NCBI GenBank assembly: GCA_964463485.1
Contig: CAYXDO010000049.1
Coordinates: forward strand, 1,889-65,888
DNA: 64,000 bases
Direction: 5' to 3'
From: an uncultured Myxococcales bacterium
GTDB taxonomy: Bacteria; Myxococcota; Kuafuiibacteriia; Kuafuiibacteriales; Kuafuiibacteriaceae
The position numbers and the translations under genes are program-made. The notes under the pieces are model-generated. The model was not told the DNA's origin and made no database searches. It saw nothing but the letters and a program-made list of their open reading frames with translations. Shown here piece by piece: positions 58,606 through 64,000 of this stretch (the first letter of the stretch is position 1; each line of letters starts with the position of its first letter).

Positions 58606-59616
58606 ATGATCCCCGAGGACACTGGAGCGACGCGCGCGGCGAACAAACCCGAGGGACGCCAAGCCGTTCCGGCCAACCTCAACGTCGCCCTCTCCCTCGC
58701 TCAAATCGCAGCCTCCGTCGCCCTGCTCGTAGGCGCCTCGACCTTCGGCTTCTCCGTCCTCGGCGCTGCCTGCGTAATCACGTTCACCTTCGTCATGCAG
58801 ACCGGCTTCTCACTCATTCACGAGGCCGAGCACGACAAGCTGCACCCGACGCGCTGGGTCAACGACGCTCTCGGGATTCTCACCGCGGCGATCTTTCCCG
58901 GTAGCTTTCAGTTCATGAAAGTCGCGCATTTGTCGCACCACCGAAAAAACCGGTCGGACGCCGAGCTCGTCGACTACGTGCGAAACGGCGAAAGCTTCGC
59001 ACTCAAGACGATTCAGTATTACGCGCTGATCACCGGCGTGATCTGGCTCGGTGTCCCCTTGCTGTCCGCGCTGATCGCACTCACACCCTCCTTTGGAAGC
59101 GAGCCTACCGACGAGACACCAAAATCAGGCGCCGCCCTCTATCTCCAATTCGTGAGAGAGGCGCGCCCATACCGCGTCAGGCTCGAGCTGATCTTCGTGG
59201 TGACTCTGTGGACCCTCATCTTGAAAGTCCTGCCCATCTCGTTCGAGGCCCTCGCGGTCTCCTACGGCGCCTTCGCCTTTTCGTGGGCGAGTCAGCAGTA
59301 TGTGTATCACATTCGCACGCCCCGACACCTGGTCGAAGGAGCCTTCAACCTGCGGCTGCCGCGTGCCCTCGAGCTCCTCTACCTGAACTTCAATCATCAC
59401 CTCACGCATCACCGGAACGTGATGGTTCCGTGGATCCATCTCCCCGAGCTCTCGGAGCGCCCGGAGCGAGCCTATTTGGCAACCTACCTGGACTTGTGGA
59501 GGCCCCCAGAGCCCGTAGAGAGGGCGTTCCCGGTCCAGTTCCAAGCCAAGGGTCCGCTCGAAGCCAGGCCAACTCTGCCAGAAGCGGCGAACGCCAGCTA
59601 CGTCCGGCGTGACTGA
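58606..59616 (+). CDS. Second membrane fatty-acid desaturase family protein
   Basis: HEAEH, HLSHH, QYVYH and NHHLTHH boxes. Confidence 0.88.
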   Translation: MIPEDTGATRAANKPEGRQAVPANLNVALSLAQIAASVALLVGASTFGFSVLGAACVITFTFVMQTGFSLIHEAEHDKLHPTRWVNDALGILTAAIFPGSFQFMKVAHLSHHRKNRSDAELVDYVRNGESFALKTIQYYALITGVIWLGVPLLSALIALTPSFGSEPTDETPKSGAALYLQFVREARPYRVRLELIFVVTLWTLILKVLPISFEALAVSYGAFAFSWASQQYVYHIRTPRHLVEGAFNLRLPRALELLYLNFNHHLTHHRNVMVPWIHLPELSERPERAYLATYLDLWRPPEPVERAFPVQFQAKGPLEARPTLPEAANASYVRRD

Positions 59617-60101
59617 AACGCGCACGCGCCGGAGGTCCAAAAGAACACCGTATCGTCTGGCTCGGTCCGCAACCGCATGTCGAGATACTCGGACAATTCG
59701 GTCGCCCCGATCAACTCCCCGAATTCACCGAGCCCGCGACTCGGGCTCAACCCATCGTCGATCCGATCTTGCAGCGCGCCGAGGCCCGAGATCAGCAACT
59801 CAGGGGACAAAGAGGCCCCTCCACGAAGCTGAGCGATCCGCAGCTTGGCCGCTCCGGCCACCATGTGCCAGATCCCGTACCGGTCGGACTCGACATCTTC
59901 GAGCGCTCGGTCGAGCGCCCACTCGGCGAGCGCGCCGAGCTCAGTCGGGGAACTCTGACTCGAAATCCAGTCGAAGGCGAGGTCGAGCGACTCATGCGCG
60001 CCGAGAGTCTTGAAGCGCTCGAGAAGCGTCGAGAGCTCATGCACGGAGTCCTCCGAGGGGGAACGGTTTGGATCCTGGGGCGCTGAGACCGTTAGCGGCA
60101 C
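59598..60101 (-). CDS. Hypothetical helical protein
   Basis: The ORF fills an otherwise empty gap; no motif was recognised. Confidence 0.45.
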   Translation of the reverse strand: MPLTVSAPQDPNRSPSEDSVHELSTLLERFKTLGAHESLDLAFDWISSQSSPTELGALAEWALDRALEDVESDRYGIWHMVAGAAKLRIAQLRGGASLSPELLISGLGALQDRIDDGLSPSRGLGEFGELIGATELSEYLDMRLRTEPDDTVFFWTSGACAFQSRRT

Positions 60102-60225
60102 GCGCGCGTGGTGACCGCAGCCGAAATCCCAGGTACCTGAGCGACACCCTCGAGGTGCGACGGACATCAATCCCACCACCCCAGAGGTGATTGCCAAGGC
60201 AGGGTCGACATCGTATCTTCATCGT

Positions 60226-60510
60226 ATGAGCAAGCAGGCGATCTCGGTCACGCTCGACCAAAACAACCTCCTTTGGATCAAAGGGCAGATGAAAGTCCGT
60301 GGCACACGAAGCGTCAGCGAGACCATCGACGACATCCTATCGGCAGCCCGCCGCTCGCCAGGTCAAGTGACCTCCGTCGTCGGAACGGTTCGAATCCCGG
60401 ATGATGATCCGGAGCTTCTCTCGGCGAACGCGGAGTTGCGGCAGTGGTTCGCGAGCTCGCTGTCTCGAGGCGAACGCCGGGCCGCCACACGGAAGCAAAC
60501 TCGTGCCTGA
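60226..60510 (+). CDS. Putative antitoxin with RHH-like N-terminus
   Basis: KQAISVTLDQ...SVSETIDDIL; overlaps the PIN gene by 8 nt. Confidence 0.7.
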   Translation: MSKQAISVTLDQNNLLWIKGQMKVRGTRSVSETIDDILSAARRSPGQVTSVVGTVRIPDDDPELLSANAELRQWFASSLSRGERRAATRKQTRA

Positions 60511-60910
60511 ACCCAAAGCCCTCGTCACCGACACTCATCCCCTCATCTTTCATGCCGCCGGCGGGCGAAGATTAGGAGCGAAGGCAGCCAGACACTTCGC
60601 GGCATGTGAGAGAGGTGCGGCTCTGCTCTACGTCCCGGCCGTCGTCGTTTGGGAGTGCGCGCTGCTTGCGAGGAGGCGGCGAGTCGAGTTTGGGCGCTCC
60701 GTCGAATCCTTCTTCACCGACCTATTCGGCAATCCCGCGTTCCAACCCCTTGACCTGACCCTCGGACAACTCTACCTGGCCGACGAGGCACGACCGAACG
60801 AAGACCCATTCGACGCGCTGATCTGCGCGGCGGCGCGAGCGCTCGACCTTCCCCTCATCACGGCCGATGCGGATATTACTGATTCTGGCCTTGTCCGTGT
60901 GGTGTGGTAG
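60503..60910 (+). CDS. vapC: PIN-domain VapC-like toxin
   Basis: VTDTH, WE, DPFDALI, LITAD acidic PIN motifs. Confidence 0.88.
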   Translation: MPEPKALVTDTHPLIFHAAGGRRLGAKAARHFAACERGAALLYVPAVVVWECALLARRRRVEFGRSVESFFTDLFGNPAFQPLDLTLGQLYLADEARPNEDPFDALICAAARALDLPLITADADITDSGLVRVVW

Positions 60911-61017
60911 CTCAGTCCGGAGCTCGTCGAGCCGATACCGCTCATTCGAACCCTCTCGGCGGCCCGCCGGCTCTCGCGACCCGAATCGACCGCAAATCGG
61001 GATCAGCGCCCATTCCG

Positions 61018-63981
61018 TCACTCCGAAACGACCGGCAGCACCCTCGCAGGCCGGTCCTTGAGTTGTCCGGTAGTCCGTACCAGACGCTCGCTCACGATCC
61101 TGAGCAACTCTCGTGCATCCCGCTCGAGATACTGATTGAAGGCCCGGCCGTCCAACCTCACCAGCTCGGTACCCTCCTCGGCGGCGAGCACACTCGCGGT
61201 CCTCGGCGCACCCGTCAGCAAACTGAGCTCTCCGACCGACTGACCTGGCCGAACCACTGACAACTTGATCTGTTCGGTTCCCTCGAGCACGACGTCGGCC
61301 AACCCTCGCGTGAGTACGAACACGTCGCCTCCGACGTCTCCCTGGCGACACAGTACGTCGCCGCGCCGATGAACCTCGAGCTTCGCCGTCCGCGCGAGAC
61401 GTGCCAGCGCCTCGACCTCGGCGGACCTGAAGAGCTCGGCTCTCTGAAGCCGACCCAAAATCTCGAGTGACGTCGAGCTCTCCTTTCGGCCCTCGGCGAT
61501 CGCCGCGGCGACCTCCACCACCAACCAGTGATGGGTTTCGGACTCGCCCGCGAGCAACTTCCTCGCGACAGTCGACCCTCGCGAGGCGTTGACCGCGGCG
61601 AGCACGGCGAGCGCCGACGCTCGCGCGACCGGGCGCCACTCCCCAATCGTCCGCTCGAGGACACGCGCGCCTTCTTCGGATCGGAGGTCCAGAAAAGTCG
61701 CACTCTCCTCGACCCGCAGACGCTCCCCCACTTGCCCCTCCAAGATCTCGACGAGCACAGGATGGAGCGCCTCGCTCCAACTCGAAGCTCCGCCGTCCCG
61801 CCTCACGGTCGCGAGGAGCCCGGCGACCGCGTCCGGCGAGCTCACCGCGGCCTTGCGAGCCACTTGATGGGCCTGCGTATCGTTCCCGAGACTCATCAAG
61901 ATGTTGAAGATGCGCTCGAGCTCGTGGCGCTTCTCCACCTCGATCTCCGACCGAAGCACCGAGAGCCCTTCGACCTCGAGCGCCAGGTGCTTCAGTCCAG
62001 CGAGAAAGGCGTCGAGCTCGGACAACCGCTCGATCCTCTCCTCCGCGCGAGAGACCAGGCGGCTGCTGCTTCCCGTTAATTCCGCCATGACGGACTCGTG
62101 CTCCTCGGCCGTGATTCGATACGCGCCTTGAAGCCGCCCAATCTCGACGCTGGACTCCCCGATCGCCTCTCGCCCGCTTCGGCCACTCTCGAGCAGCGCA
62201 GCGATCGAATCGCGATAGCCACTGACCCGCCATCGGTTCTCTTCGTCCACCACCCGATGGGGATCGAGCAGAGTCGGATCCTCGACCCCGAGCTCCGCCA
62301 GAATTTGTCGATGTTCGTCCTCGGAGATCTCCATCTGCTCCCCTATTTGCCGAACCAGCTCGGCGCCCGCGGCGGTCCCGAGCATCCCGCGGACGAGCGC
62401 GTCCCGAAGCATCGCCTTGTACGCCTTGCGCCGCTCATCCAACGAAAGCGCAGGGAGCGTTCGCGCGAGCGCGTACACCTCGTCCGTGTTGAGTTGCTCC
62501 ACCGAGCGCCCGCCGAGAATCTTCTTGAGATCGACACTCAGGGCGGCGAGCTGCCGGCGCAGCCCTTCCGCCACCGACTCCCGGGCGTACCTATCCGATG
62601 TCCTCGTCCAAGATCGTGCGACCCATAACGCGCTCACCGACACGATGAACACGTCGACCAAAGAACCCAGAAGAGGAGGCAAGAGCTCGAGGTTCGGACG
62701 ACCCCCGAACAAATAGAAGCAGTTGATCGCGACCGCCGCGCTCAAAATCCCGGTTCGATGAACGCGCTCTTCGGCCGAAACGGGTCGCCCGCGCCGCGTT
62801 CTCCACCCTGACCAGACCCCTTCCAGAAATCGACCGACCACGTAGGCCGCAAACACGAAACCTGCGATCGTCAGCGGCGCCGCGATGAGCTTGGGAATCG
62901 GAAACGCACCCTCCAAAAAGGAGAAGCCCGGCGCCCAAATCTGACTCAGCTGGTCCTCTTCGTGAGTCCACGCCCCCGAGAAGTAGTAGCGCCAATTGCC
63001 CGAATACAAGGCATAGTAGCAGTAGAACCCTAAAATCATACCGACATAACCGTAGTGGACGAAACGCCTGCCGGGCTGATCGAGGCGCTGCCAGTACTGA
63101 CGCTCGAGATTGATATCCGGACAGGGAGAAACGCAGCCCACGCAGATGCTGACTTCCTCGCCCTTGCGATCCGTCTTTCGACATGAGCTTTGAGTCAACT
63201 TTGCATGTCCCGTGTGAGCTTCACTCTCCAACAACCCTCGTGGCTCGGTGTAGATGCGCTGCACCGGCGCGATGGGGCAGACATAGTGACACCAAGTCTT
63301 CCCACCGAAGAGGGCTCCGACGATCAACGCAACGAGAATCACTCCGAGGAGAAAAGCAGCCAGCGCGATCCGATCCGAATTGATGGCGACGAGGCGAATC
63401 GAAACGGCCAGACACAGCAAACCGAACTGCACGAACCAAACGTTCCGAGCCCAAAAGGACTCGGCGGAGACGAGCGCCAGCCGTCGCTCGACGCGCCCAG
63501 AGCGCTCGTTCAGAGTCAGGCTGCGCCGCTGAATACCGAGCCGCCTTGGTAACTGCGACAATGCCGAGAGCGGGCAGATCCTTCTCCACGCCTCGTGCCC
63601 GAACAACATGAAGAACAGAGGCAGCACTGGGATCACCATGGTCCAGAGAATCCGAGCGCCCATCGCGTAGGGCTGCTCGATCAAACACCGACCTTGGACT
63701 CGAGTGCACCTCGGATCACACTCACCGTCCCTGGAGCCCTTCCAGTCGATGCGGGCTCCGCCCCCCTCCTTCACCCAGATCGGGCACGCCCAGTCCATAG
63801 CCGCTCTCCCAGCACCATGGCTCTCCGCTGGGTTCAGCCGAAATGGACTGGAGAGGTTGTCGGGTCGGGTCAGGCTCGGACTCAGCGGATCGTAAAACAG
63901 AGAGATGATGAGCACGATCCATGCGGACACCAAAACCCATCGGATCACCGCGACGGCTCGCTCGCTCAGTCGGCCAAACAC
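61018..63981 (-). CDS. Membrane protein with 4Fe-4S-binding Cys motifs, helical/HEAT-like region and C-terminal cyclic-nucleotide-binding domain
   Basis: RICPLS, CHYVCP, CVGCVSPCP; several TM helices; GELSLLTGAPRTASV cNMP motif. Confidence 0.85.
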   Translation of the reverse strand: MFGRLSERAVAVIRWVLVSAWIVLIISLFYDPLSPSLTRPDNLSSPFRLNPAESHGAGRAAMDWACPIWVKEGGGARIDWKGSRDGECDPRCTRVQGRCLIEQPYAMGARILWTMVIPVLPLFFMLFGHEAWRRICPLSALSQLPRRLGIQRRSLTLNERSGRVERRLALVSAESFWARNVWFVQFGLLCLAVSIRLVAINSDRIALAAFLLGVILVALIVGALFGGKTWCHYVCPIAPVQRIYTEPRGLLESEAHTGHAKLTQSSCRKTDRKGEEVSICVGCVSPCPDINLERQYWQRLDQPGRRFVHYGYVGMILGFYCYYALYSGNWRYYFSGAWTHEEDQLSQIWAPGFSFLEGAFPIPKLIAAPLTIAGFVFAAYVVGRFLEGVWSGWRTRRGRPVSAEERVHRTGILSAAVAINCFYLFGGRPNLELLPPLLGSLVDVFIVSVSALWVARSWTRTSDRYARESVAEGLRRQLAALSVDLKKILGGRSVEQLNTDEVYALARTLPALSLDERRKAYKAMLRDALVRGMLGTAAGAELVRQIGEQMEISEDEHRQILAELGVEDPTLLDPHRVVDEENRWRVSGYRDSIAALLESGRSGREAIGESSVEIGRLQGAYRITAEEHESVMAELTGSSSRLVSRAEERIERLSELDAFLAGLKHLALEVEGLSVLRSEIEVEKRHELERIFNILMSLGNDTQAHQVARKAAVSSPDAVAGLLATVRRDGGASSWSEALHPVLVEILEGQVGERLRVEESATFLDLRSEEGARVLERTIGEWRPVARASALAVLAAVNASRGSTVARKLLAGESETHHWLVVEVAAAIAEGRKESSTSLEILGRLQRAELFRSAEVEALARLARTAKLEVHRRGDVLCRQGDVGGDVFVLTRGLADVVLEGTEQIKLSVVRPGQSVGELSLLTGAPRTASVLAAEEGTELVRLDGRAFNQYLERDARELLRIVSERLVRTTGQLKDRPARVLPVVSE

Positions 63982-64000
63982 GGTTCAGATATCCAACACC

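Noticed and set aside
60722-62233. 503-aa minus-strand ORF
   Set aside because: Off-frame overlap with the cNMP-domain gene, with low-complexity Arg/Gly translation.

Overview
A high-GC bacterial window whose gene content points to Myxococcota or a related deltaproteobacterium (inference): five Hanks-type Ser/Thr kinases, two FHA/sigma-54 activators, PEGA proteins and a myxobacterial Cys-rich repeat. Core genes are mpl, an NAD-dependent epimerase, rpsU-dnaG-rpoD, def, ttcA and a class I/II aminotransferase. The main accessory region (~34.7-51.8 kb, minus strand) is an integrase-free array. The 3' end of a dual-domain Ser/Thr kinase plus its downstream flank occurs three times. Two copies are identical over 486 bp; the third is ~92% identical over ~310 bp by manual alignment. 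Between the copies lie gene pairs: a large exported protein coupled by an ATGA overlap to a lipoprotein. The largest cargo is a 2964-aa teneurin-like protein whose YD shell stops after a few repeats and is followed by a gluzincin protease; its apparent signal peptide is out of frame across a C9 tract. Both orphan kinase copies abut the same 13-mer repeat motif. Other items are a pore-former-like 944-aa protein next to an MNT-HEPN fusion, a desaturase-GH3-desaturase operon, a VapBC pair, a SUFU-like protein and a 4Fe-4S/cNMP membrane protein. No rRNA, tRNA, CRISPR array, integrase or transposase was recognised. All family calls are from motif recognition by eye; no database searches were run.
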